This document shows positions 19,424-28,073 of a stretch of DNA of 64,000 nt, one piece after another. Numbering within the stretch: position 1 is the first letter of the stretch; each line of letters starts with the position of its first letter. Under the pieces are notes generated by a model. The model was given only the letters and a program-made list of their open reading frames with translations, was not told where the DNA came from and searched no databases. This DNA is from an uncultured bacterium (GTDB taxonomy: Bacteria > Verrucomicrobiota > Kiritimatiellia > RFP12 > UBA3636). A program made the translations under genes and the position numbers. The stretch lies in NCBI GenBank assembly GCA_902793555.1, contig CADBEF010000008.1, forward strand, positions 420 to 64,419. The letters are read 5' to 3'.

Positions 19424-20872
19424 CGGATGGACCCTGACGCGGTCGAGCTCGCCCCGTTGCCGGCGCCGGTCGACTTCGAAAGCGACATGGACCGCCCCGT
19501 CCCGTTCGACGCGGGCGCGACGGTCCACCTCGACTGCCCGGATGCCGCCGCCGCGCCGTGGCTCGCCGCGCACTTCGCCGACTGGTTCGGCGCGCAGGCG
19601 CCGCGCGTCGCCCCCGGCCCCGCGGCGCTCCCGCTGCGCGCGGGCGACGAAGCCTACGCGGTCTCCGCCGACGCCTCCGGCGTCCGTATTGCCGCGCGCT
19701 CCCTCGCGGGCGTCCGCTGGGCGGCGTATTCGCTCCGCCAGCTCGCCATCGCCCGGCGCGGGACGCTGAGGACCGAGGGCCGCCTCCTGCCGACGCTGCG
19801 CATCTCCGACGCGCCGCGCCTCGCGCTGCGCGCCGTGCACCTGTGCTGGTTTCCCGAGACGCGCCCCGAGCGGATCGAGCGGGCGATCCGCCTCGCGGCG
19901 CTGCTGAAGTTCAACTGCGCCATCGTCGAGCCGTGGGGGACGTTCCGGAGCGCGCGGCACCCGTGGTTCGGATGGCCGGACGCCCCCGGCACGCCGGAAG
20001 CGCTCTCCCGGCTCGCCGCGATCGGGTGCGACCTCGGCGTGACGCTGGTTCCGCAGCTCAACGTCTTCGGCCACGCCTCCCTGTCGCGGACCTCGTCCCT
20101 CAAGCACGCGGCGCTCGACCTGCGGCCCGAGTACGAGCCGCTCTTCGAGCCGGGCGGCTGGAACTGGTGCCTCTCGAACCCCGAGGCGCGCCGCGTCCTG
20201 CGCGAGCTCGTCGACGAGATGCACGAGGCCTGCGGGCGGCCGCCGTTCTTCCACCTCGGCTGCGACGAAGCGCAGCCGCCGTCCTGCCCCGCGTGCCGCC
20301 GGCGCCCCTACGGCGAGCTCGTGCGCGAGCACGTCGCGGCGTTCGCCGCCTTCGTGCGGGAGCGCGGCGCCCGGGCGATGGTCTGGCACGACATGCTCCT
20401 CGACCGAGCCGACCCGCGCTGGGCGGGCTTCGTCGCCAGCGGAAGCCCGGCGACCGCGACGCTCGCCGACACGCTCCCGCGGGACGTCGTGGTCTGCGAC
20501 TGGCAATACGCGGACCCCGACCCGAAGCGGCCGCGCAACGACTGGCCGACGCTCGCCCACTTTCTCGGGAAGGGCTTCGCCGTGGCGGGGTGCCCGTGGC
20601 TCAACTTCGCCGCGATGGAGCCGATGGCGGCCTTCCTCGCGGCGCACGGCGGCCTCGGCATGATTGCGACCACCTGGCACCATCTGCACGGCACAGACTG
20701 GCGCGACATCTTCCGCACCGCGGCCTGCGCCGCCTGGGGGACGCCCCCGCGCCCCGTCGCGCCGCAGTTCGACACCGCGTTCGCCGTCGCCCTCCGCCTC
20801 GCCGGCCGCGACGCGGGCATTTCCGGCTACCGCGACACCGGCCTCGACGAGGACCAGATCACCCTGCCATGA
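19412..20872 (+). CDS. GH20-like beta-N-acetylhexosaminidase domain protein
   Basis: 'FFHLGCDEA' resembles the GH20 H-x-G-G-D-E catalytic motif, in a TIM-barrel-like context. Alternative start ATG 19427 (MDPDAV) lies just after the microsatellite. Confidence 0.6.
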   Translation: MKSERMDPDAVELAPLPAPVDFESDMDRPVPFDAGATVHLDCPDAAAAPWLAAHFADWFGAQAPRVAPGPAALPLRAGDEAYAVSADASGVRIAARSLAGVRWAAYSLRQLAIARRGTLRTEGRLLPTLRISDAPRLALRAVHLCWFPETRPERIERAIRLAALLKFNCAIVEPWGTFRSARHPWFGWPDAPGTPEALSRLAAIGCDLGVTLVPQLNVFGHASLSRTSSLKHAALDLRPEYEPLFEPGGWNWCLSNPEARRVLRELVDEMHEACGRPPFFHLGCDEAQPPSCPACRRRPYGELVREHVAAFAAFVRERGARAMVWHDMLLDRADPRWAGFVASGSPATATLADTLPRDVVVCDWQYADPDPKRPRNDWPTLAHFLGKGFAVAGCPWLNFAAMEPMAAFLAAHGGLGMIATTWHHLHGTDWRDIFRTAACAAWGTPPRPVAPQFDTAFAVALRLAGRDAGISGYRDTGLDEDQITLP

Positions 20873-21027
20873 ACCGCGCTCACGCCCTTCCCGGACGAGA
20901 ACGGCCACGCCACGCTGCCCTGCGCCGCGGGCAAGGCCGTGAACGGCTGCTAGGCCGCCGCAACGCCGGCCGCGGCGGCGGGCAAAGCCCGCGCCGCGAG
21001 CCTGGCGTTGCAAAGCCGCGCACGGGC

Positions 21028-21057
21028 TTGACACGCGCGCGCGAAGTTTGGTAGTTT
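21028..21057 (+). promoter_or_regulatory. Sigma70-like promoter TTGACA-18-TAGTTT, followed by a conserved ~80-nt leader and AAGGAG RBS
   Basis: cttgacacgcgcgcgcgaagtttggtagttt. A paralogous copy sits at 32219-32248. Confidence 0.45.
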
Positions 21058-21138
21058 TATCCCCGAAGGGGCGCCCCGGAAGGGACGAACCTCTTTTTAA
21101 AGGCCCGACAATCACACGATTGATACAAGGAGATTCCC

Positions 21139-24100
21139 ATGAAACTGCGATTTCTCCCCGCCGTCGCGATCCTCCTGTCCCTCCTCGCGCCCGCCGCGCG
21201 GGCGGAGGAAGTCACCCTCCCCGCCGGCTACGTGCCCGTCAACCTTGTCACGAACGTCGGCGGCTCCGCCTCCAGCGACACCAAATGCCTGAACAACAAC
21301 AGCTCGTATGGCGTCTCGAGGGCGTTCGACAAGAAATACTACTCCGACGACACGCGTTGGATCGGGCATGGTTCGACCTTTCCGCAGCACGCCGTCTGGA
21401 CCTTCCCGGACCCGACGATCGTGGACACGGTTCGCATCTACAACGCGAGCTACGACGGCGCCAAGCAGTCGCCATCCGATTTCACGATCGCCGGCTCGAA
21501 CGACGGATCGGACTGGACGACGCTCGACACGGAGTCCGGCGTGACGGGCTGGTCGGCCAATAAGTTCCGGACGTTCCAGTTCGTCAACCGAACGCCGTAC
21601 CTGAAGTATCGACTGGAGGTCACGGACGTGCAGGGCCACAGCCGCATGTCGATTTCGGAGATCGAACTGTACCGGGTCAACCAGGCGTCCTTCGACGTCG
21701 TTCCCAGCGGTTCGCCGGCAGTCGGCATCGATTCCTTCTCGACGGACTGGATCCTGGCCGTGGAAGAAGGTTCGACGGCGGACGCGGGGCTCGTCTGGAG
21801 CACGGACGACTCGTTCGCCACGGCCACGACGAATTCGCTCGGCACGGGTCTCGCGGCAGGCACGCGCACGGCGTCGCTCGCCGATCTCGAACCCGCCACG
21901 ACCTACTGGTGGAAGATCTACGCCGACAACGGGACGGACGTCGCCGAATCGACCATCGGTTCGTTCACCACGACCGGTTCGCCCCTGTTCGGCGCCGTGT
22001 CCGCCGCGTCGGACGGAAACGCCGCGTCCTTCTCCGTCGCGCTCGCCGAAGCGGCGCTCGGAAACACGCTCTCCACGTCCGTCTCCGTCCTCTACGGAAC
22101 GGACGGAGAAACCTGGACGGCGCTCCCCCTCGGTTCGTCCGCGACGCCGGCTGCGATGTCGGGAACGCTGGAGAACCTCGACTGGGGCACGACCTACCAG
22201 TGGTTCGCCCTCGCGACGGCGACCATGGAGGGCGGCCGCGTTCTCTCGACCTCGACCTCGACCAATTCCTTCACGACGCTCTGGGATGGCGACCTGTACG
22301 TCTCGAACGGCAACGCGAGCGCCGAGGCCCCGTACTCGACCTGGGCGACCGCGGCGCCGGACATCGCGACGGCGATCTCCCTCGCCACGGACGGCGCGAC
22401 GATCCACGTCGCGCCGGGACGCTACAAGATTTCGACGTCCCTTTCGCTGGCGAAGGCGGTCCGCATCGTCGGCAACGACGCCGATCCGTCCCGCGTCGTC
22501 GTGTCGAACACCGGGGATGTCAGCTATTCCGAACAGAACCACCGGTGCATCCGGATCGACCATGCCGGCGCCGTCGTTTCCGGCCTCGCGTTCGAGAACG
22601 GGAAGGTCTACGGGCAGGGCGGCAACGTCCTGATCGGCTCGAACGGCGGCATGGTCACCAATTGCATCCTCTCCGGCGGTTACGCCCGGAGCGGCACGTC
22701 TTCCGCCGGCGCGAACGTGTCGATCCAGGGCCCCGGACGGGTGACGCACTGCACGATCCTCGGCGGCTGGCAGAACAACTGCACCGGCTGCACGAAAACC
22801 TCCTCCGCCCACGTCGGACACGCGGACGCCCGCATGGAGAACTGCCTCGTCGACGGGTTCCGAGGGTCGGACGTCTCCTCGCAGGCCACAAAGAACGCCT
22901 GCGGAATCTACGTGGAAAAGGGCGTCGCCGCCAACTGCACGGTCGTGAACTGCACGTCGCCGTACACGGAGGCTTCCGGCTTCGCGGGCATCCTGATTCC
23001 GACGAACGACGGCCTGGCGCTGAACTGCGTGTCGGTCGCCAACGCGGACAGCAACGACACCGTCCGCGCGTTCGTTCCGTCGCAGGTTTCCCGGACCTCG
23101 CACTGCGCGTTCGACGCGATCGCCGGCGAGGCGGCCGTTCCGGAGGGCATGGCCGGCGCCGTCGTCGGGACGCCCGAATCGTTCTTCCCGCGTTTCGCGG
23201 ACGACGCCATCGCCGCCATCAAGTACCGACCGGGCCCCTCGAGCCCGCTCCTCGACGCGGGCGAGGACTACGCCCCGATGGCGGCCTTCGACCTCTCCGG
23301 GCAGCAGCCGCGCCGGGTCGGCGCTTCCGTCGACATCGGCTGCTACGAGGACGGGTATCTCGCCATCGAGGCGACGGGCGAGCCGACGGTCGGCCTCGAG
23401 TCGTTCGCGACGGACTTCGTCCTCGGGACGGACGTCCCCGCGGACGTCTGGATCGTCTGGAGCGCGGACGCGTCGTTCGCGGCCGCCTCGACGAACCGGG
23501 TCGCGGAAGGCGCCACGAACGGCGTCCACGAGGCGGCGGTCGGCGGACTCGCGACGGACACGGCCTACTGGTGGAAGCTCGTGGCGACCAACGGCGTCTT
23601 CGCGGTCGAGACCGCGCCGGCGTCGTTCCGGACGCTCGGCGCGCCGGTGATCGGCACCTTGTCCGAAGCCGTCTCCGGCCCGACCGTGACGTTCTCGGTC
23701 GACCTGGCGTCCGTCGCGCGCGACGCGCTCGGAAACGGCATCCGGACGTACGTCACCGTCTTCTGCTCGACGAACGGGACGGACTGGATCGAGCAGTCGC
23801 TCGGCTCCGCGATCCGGGCTCGGACGGTTCTCGGCGCCGCGACCCTTCCCAACGGGGTCTGGACGTGGTACGCCCGCGCCTCCGCCGAGTCCGGCGGACG
23901 GACGTTCGCGGCGGAAAGCGGGACGCGGACGTTCCGCGTCTTCCACAACGCGACGCCGCCGGCCGGCTTCCGCCGCGTCGACGTTGAGATCGCGTACGAC
24001 GGCGAGCCCGCCGAGGACATCCCCGTGCTGCTGCGCCTCTCCGAGGCGATCGAGGGCTTCCGCTACGCGGACGTCGCCAACGACGGCAGGGACTTCCTCT

Positions 24101-26730
24101 TCTCGGACGGCGACGGCAACCGCCTCCCCTTCGAGATCGACACGTGGAACCCGGAGGGCGAATCGCTCGTCTGGGTCCGGCTGCCCGTCTTCGCCGACGG
24201 CGCGACGATCCACCTCGACTACGGCGCCTCGGACGCCGACGGCACCGCGGACGCCGCGGACGTCTGGCGGCGCTATGTCGCCGTCTGGCACATGAACGAA
24301 ATCCGCACGGACGCCGCCACGGGCAGACGCTACACCCCCGACTCCTCCGCGAGCGGCTGGCACGCCTACAAGTCCGTCGAGGCGGATGCCGTGCCCGCGC
24401 CCGTCACCGTCGCGGCCGGCGCCACCGCGCAGCCGACGCCCCCGACCGGCAGGGCGATGAACGTCGCCTTCGGCGCGGGGAAGTCGGATACGTCCGTCGG
24501 CGGCTTCGCGGTCCCCGCGAGCCAGACCGCCTCCACGACGCTGAACGGCCCCGGTTTCACGCTTTCGGCCTTCGTCAACTCGCATCAGGCCGCGAACAAC
24601 GGCCGCTGCCGCGTCATCGCGTTCGGAAACGCCTACAACGACAAGGCAAATCTCGCGGTCGGCAGCGACAGGATCTACAGCATGGGATCCAACAGCCACA
24701 ACAAGACCAATCCGAAGGGCGCGACGGGCTGGGTCCACGCGGCGGCCGTCTTCGGTTCGCCGCGGTCGAAGATCTACGCCGACGGCGTCTGCCTTTCCGG
24801 CAACAACGACGGCAATCCCGACCTCGCGAGTCTCGCGCTCGACAAAGGCATCGGACTCGGCTGCTTCACGGACGGCACGCAAAGCCTCGACGGCTACATC
24901 GACGAGGCGCGCATCCGCAACGCCGCCTCGACCGCTTCGTGGGCCGCCGCCGAGTACGCCGCGATGGCGGACCCGGACGTCGTCCGCTTCGGCGGGGCGC
25001 GCTACCTCGAGATGCCGGTCCTCGAAGCGCCGCCTTCCCTGGCCTGGTACCGGAACGGGTTCGTCCACTCCGCCACCGTCGCCTACGGGCGCGGCGACGT
25101 GCTCCTCGCGACGGTCGACCTGTACGACGGTTCCGCGACCACGAACGCGGCGCACTCGTTCGATTCGGCCGCCTCGCTGCCGCAGGCGCTATCGGAGAAC
25201 GTCGAACTCCCGGAGAACCGGATGTACCGGGGCGTCGCGATTCTGCGCTCGCCGGACGGCTCGGAGGAAGATCTCGCGGCCGCCCGCGAGACGGTCTACT
25301 CCGGATCGATTTCCGTCACGTGGGTCCGGGACGCCGACATCGCGGCGATGACGCCCGCCATCGTCCGGCTTTCCCGCGCGGACACCGAGGCCGCGACCTG
25401 CGCGCCTCTCGAAGTGTCGTTCGCGCTTGCCGGCGAGGCGGTCTCGAAGGGCCTTGTCGAGCCCGTCGCGTCCGCGACGATTCCGGCCGGGGAAAGCTTC
25501 GTCGAGGTCGAGATCCGGCCGATCGCCCGGAGCGTCGTTCCCGGCGACTACCTCGCGACGCTGACGGTCGCGGGGACGAACGTCGCCCGTCCCGGCGCGC
25601 AGGTCGAGTTCGGCGTCCGCAACGCCGGCGCCGACCCCTACGTGCGCTACGTCGCCCCGAACGGCGACGACGGGAACGACGGCGCGCTCGCCACGACCCC
25701 CAAGCGGACCGTCGCCGCGGCCCTCGCCTCGTTCTCCGAGAACGCCCGGTCGGTGCTCTGCACGGTCCGCGTCGCCCCGGGCCTCTACCCGGTCTCCTCG
25801 CCGATCGTGCTCACGAACGCCGTCCGCATCATCGGCGACGACTCCGATCCGTCCCGCGTCGTCGTGTCGAACACGACGAACGTCGACTATTACAACCAAA
25901 ACCACCGGTGCATCCGGATCAACCATGCCGATGCCGTGGTTTCGGGAATGACGTTCGAGAACGGAAAAGACTACGGCAACGGCGGCAACCTCCGCATCGA
26001 CGCGAACGGAGGCATGGTCACCAACTGCATTCTGGTCAACGGTTACACGCGCGAAGGCAGCGATTCCGGCGGCGCGAACGTGGCGATCACGGGCCCCGGA
26101 CTCGTGACGCATTGCCGGATTCTCGGCGGCAGCCAGAACAACTGCAGCGGCTGCAAACGGGTGTCCTCGGTCTGTCTCGAGCATGCGGACGCCCGGATCG
26201 AGAACTGTCTCGTAAGCGGATTCCGGGGAGCGACGGTTTCCACCCAGCCAACCGTGGGATGCGCCGGAATCCTCGTCGACAAAGGAGCCGCGATCAACTG
26301 CATGGTCGTGGATTGCACGTCGCCCTACACGACGGCATCCGGCTTCGCGGGAATCCTGCTGTGGGCGAACGGTCGCGCCGTGGACTGCGTTTCGGTCGGC
26401 AACGTCGACAGCAACGGCACGGTCCGCGCGTTCATGGCGTCGCAGGCGACCCGCGCGATCAACTGCGCGTTCGACGCGATCGCCGGCGAGGCGGTCGTTC
26501 CGGAAGGCATGGTCGGCGCCGTCGTCGGCACGCCCGCGTCGTTCTTCCGCAACTACGCCCGCGGCGACTACCGCCCGCGCAGCGGCGGGCCGCTCGTGAA
26601 CGCCGGCGCGAACTACGAGCCGATGGCGGGCGTCGACCTCTCCGGCGTCCAGCCGCGCAAGGTCGGCTCCCGCGTCGACATCGGATGCTACGAAGCCTTC
26701 GCCGAAACTTCGATCCTGATCCTGAGATGA
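21139..26730 (+). CDS. Giant secreted multidomain protein (1863 aa): discoidin-like N-domain, Ig/FN3-like repeats, two right-handed beta-helix domains, DUF2341-like and LamG-like modules
   Basis: Signal peptide 'MKLRFLPAVAILLSLLAPAARA'. RBS AAGGAG 7 nt upstream of ATG. Beta-helix signature 'NQNHRCIRIDHAGAVVSG...GGMVTNCIL' occurs twice. Ends '...ETSILILR'. Confidence 0.85.
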   Translation: MKLRFLPAVAILLSLLAPAARAEEVTLPAGYVPVNLVTNVGGSASSDTKCLNNNSSYGVSRAFDKKYYSDDTRWIGHGSTFPQHAVWTFPDPTIVDTVRIYNASYDGAKQSPSDFTIAGSNDGSDWTTLDTESGVTGWSANKFRTFQFVNRTPYLKYRLEVTDVQGHSRMSISEIELYRVNQASFDVVPSGSPAVGIDSFSTDWILAVEEGSTADAGLVWSTDDSFATATTNSLGTGLAAGTRTASLADLEPATTYWWKIYADNGTDVAESTIGSFTTTGSPLFGAVSAASDGNAASFSVALAEAALGNTLSTSVSVLYGTDGETWTALPLGSSATPAAMSGTLENLDWGTTYQWFALATATMEGGRVLSTSTSTNSFTTLWDGDLYVSNGNASAEAPYSTWATAAPDIATAISLATDGATIHVAPGRYKISTSLSLAKAVRIVGNDADPSRVVVSNTGDVSYSEQNHRCIRIDHAGAVVSGLAFENGKVYGQGGNVLIGSNGGMVTNCILSGGYARSGTSSAGANVSIQGPGRVTHCTILGGWQNNCTGCTKTSSAHVGHADARMENCLVDGFRGSDVSSQATKNACGIYVEKGVAANCTVVNCTSPYTEASGFAGILIPTNDGLALNCVSVANADSNDTVRAFVPSQVSRTSHCAFDAIAGEAAVPEGMAGAVVGTPESFFPRFADDAIAAIKYRPGPSSPLLDAGEDYAPMAAFDLSGQQPRRVGASVDIGCYEDGYLAIEATGEPTVGLESFATDFVLGTDVPADVWIVWSADASFAAASTNRVAEGATNGVHEAAVGGLATDTAYWWKLVATNGVFAVETAPASFRTLGAPVIGTLSEAVSGPTVTFSVDLASVARDALGNGIRTYVTVFCSTNGTDWIEQSLGSAIRARTVLGAATLPNGVWTWYARASAESGGRTFAAESGTRTFRVFHNATPPAGFRRVDVEIAYDGEPAEDIPVLLRLSEAIEGFRYADVANDGRDFLFSDGDGNRLPFEIDTWNPEGESLVWVRLPVFADGATIHLDYGASDADGTADAADVWRRYVAVWHMNEIRTDAATGRRYTPDSSASGWHAYKSVEADAVPAPVTVAAGATAQPTPPTGRAMNVAFGAGKSDTSVGGFAVPASQTASTTLNGPGFTLSAFVNSHQAANNGRCRVIAFGNAYNDKANLAVGSDRIYSMGSNSHNKTNPKGATGWVHAAAVFGSPRSKIYADGVCLSGNNDGNPDLASLALDKGIGLGCFTDGTQSLDGYIDEARIRNAASTASWAAAEYAAMADPDVVRFGGARYLEMPVLEAPPSLAWYRNGFVHSATVAYGRGDVLLATVDLYDGSATTNAAHSFDSAASLPQALSENVELPENRMYRGVAILRSPDGSEEDLAAARETVYSGSISVTWVRDADIAAMTPAIVRLSRADTEAATCAPLEVSFALAGEAVSKGLVEPVASATIPAGESFVEVEIRPIARSVVPGDYLATLTVAGTNVARPGAQVEFGVRNAGADPYVRYVAPNGDDGNDGALATTPKRTVAAALASFSENARSVLCTVRVAPGLYPVSSPIVLTNAVRIIGDDSDPSRVVVSNTTNVDYYNQNHRCIRINHADAVVSGMTFENGKDYGNGGNLRIDANGGMVTNCILVNGYTREGSDSGGANVAITGPGLVTHCRILGGSQNNCSGCKRVSSVCLEHADARIENCLVSGFRGATVSTQPTVGCAGILVDKGAAINCMVVDCTSPYTTASGFAGILLWANGRAVDCVSVGNVDSNGTVRAFMASQATRAINCAFDAIAGEAVVPEGMVGAVVGTPASFFRNYARGDYRPRSGGPLVNAGANYEPMAGVDLSGVQPRKVGSRVDIGCYEAFAETSILILR

Positions 26731-27869
26731 AAACGCCTGTCCTTTCCGCCGACTTTCCCGGCGGCAACGTCCGCGTCCTCGGCATCGAGGGCGACACCGT
26801 CCACCTCGCGCCCGATCTGCGCGAGACGCAGCGCTTCTGGTTCTTCTGGCGCTTCCGCGCGACGTTCCCGGCCGCGGGGACATGGCGCTTCGAGTTCCCG
26901 GACGGCAATTGCGTCGGGACGCGCGGGCCCGCCGTGCGTCGAGCTGGCGAGCGTGCCTGGCGCTGGCTCTCCGGCGACGCGCTCCACGAGTCCGACCGCG
27001 TCTTCGAGTGGACGTCCGCCGGGACGGAGACGGTCGAGTTCTGCCAGTGCATCCCGTACCAGGGCGCGGACTTCGACGCGTTCGCCGCGTCCTTCGCGGG
27101 CGACCCGCGCGTCACGGTCGCCGAGCTCTGCCGCTCGCGCGCCGGGCGGTCCGTCCCGCTGCTCCGCCTGCGCGAAGGCGAGCCGGCGCAGGCGGTGCTC
27201 TTCACCTGCCGGCACCACGCGCAGGAGTCGATGGCGTCCTTCGCGCTCGAGGGACTGCTCCGCGCGCTCGCGTCGGACGAACCGTGGGCGGCGGCGTTCC
27301 GGGGCGCGTTCGAGGTCCTCGCGGTGCCGTTCGTAGACCGCGACGGCGTCGAGGACGGCACGCAGGGCAAGTTCCGCCTCCCGCACGACCACAACCGCGA
27401 CTACGGCGCGGCGGGCGGGCACCTCTACCCCGAGTGCGCGGCGCTCGAACGGCTCCTCGACGAGCGGCGGCCCGCCGCCGTGCTCGACCTGCACTGCCCC
27501 TACATCCGCGGCGGCGAGACGAACGAGCACGCCTACCTCGTCGGCATCCAGGCGGAGCGCCTGCGGCCCGCGCAGGCCGCCTTCGGCGCGCTGCTCGAGA
27601 GGCGCTGCCCGCCCGAGTCGCCCTACTTCGCCGCGGACACGCTCCCCTTCGGCGCGCTGTGGAACCAGCCGACCGACTTCTCCGGCGGCTCCGGCATGGG
27701 CTTCTCGCGCTGGGCGGCGGCGAAGCCCTGGCCGCGCCTCGCGAGCGGCATCGAAATCCCCTTCGCGAACTTCCGCGAGAAGACCCAGACGCCGGACACA
27801 ATCCGCGCATTCGGCCGCGGCATCGCCGCCGCCCTCGCCGAGTTTCTCGCTACGCCCGCAAGGGGTTGA
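26727..27869 (+). CDS. M14-like zinc hydrolase (carboxypeptidase / AstE-AspA-like fold)
   Basis: 'CRHHAQESMAS' (HxxE zinc motif), 'HDHNRDY', 'LDLHCPYIRGGE'. Start overlaps the giant gene stop (ATGA). No signal peptide. Confidence 0.65.
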   Translation: MKTPVLSADFPGGNVRVLGIEGDTVHLAPDLRETQRFWFFWRFRATFPAAGTWRFEFPDGNCVGTRGPAVRRAGERAWRWLSGDALHESDRVFEWTSAGTETVEFCQCIPYQGADFDAFAASFAGDPRVTVAELCRSRAGRSVPLLRLREGEPAQAVLFTCRHHAQESMASFALEGLLRALASDEPWAAAFRGAFEVLAVPFVDRDGVEDGTQGKFRLPHDHNRDYGAAGGHLYPECAALERLLDERRPAAVLDLHCPYIRGGETNEHAYLVGIQAERLRPAQAAFGALLERRCPPESPYFAADTLPFGALWNQPTDFSGGSGMGFSRWAAAKPWPRLASGIEIPFANFREKTQTPDTIRAFGRGIAAALAEFLATPARG

Positions 27870-27937
27870 CACCACCCCGCCACGCCCCGGGTGGGGTCGC
27901 ATGGCACGGATTCAGCCAAGATTCGGCACGGAAACAA

Positions 27938-27966
27938 TTGCCGCGTGTGCGCGCGTTCGCTATAAT
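27938..27966 (+). promoter_or_regulatory. Sigma70-like promoter TTGCCG-17-TATAAT
   Basis: ttgccg cgtgtgcgcgcgttcgc tataat, ~105 nt upstream of ATG 28071. Confidence 0.5.
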
Positions 27967-28012
27967 CGGTTTCAAACTTGTGGCCCTTCCGCCCTCGTCC
28001 GGCCGTACGCCA

Positions 28013-28073
28013 GCCCAGACCATCCAGACCATACGACCATACGACCATACGACCATCTGACCATCCGACCATG
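28013..28073 (+). repeat. Leader repeat array: seven degenerate 8/9-bp units (cagaccatc cagaccata cgaccata cgaccata cgaccatc tgaccatc cgaccATG) ending in the start codon
   Basis: Preceded by the conserved module 'cggccgtacgccagcccaga', which recurs at 37465-37487. Confidence 0.9.

Noticed and set aside
27870-27910. Possible terminator hairpin (ccaccc...gggtgg) after the M14-like gene
   Set aside because: Stem imperfect with a 12-nt loop and no U-tract. Not convincing.
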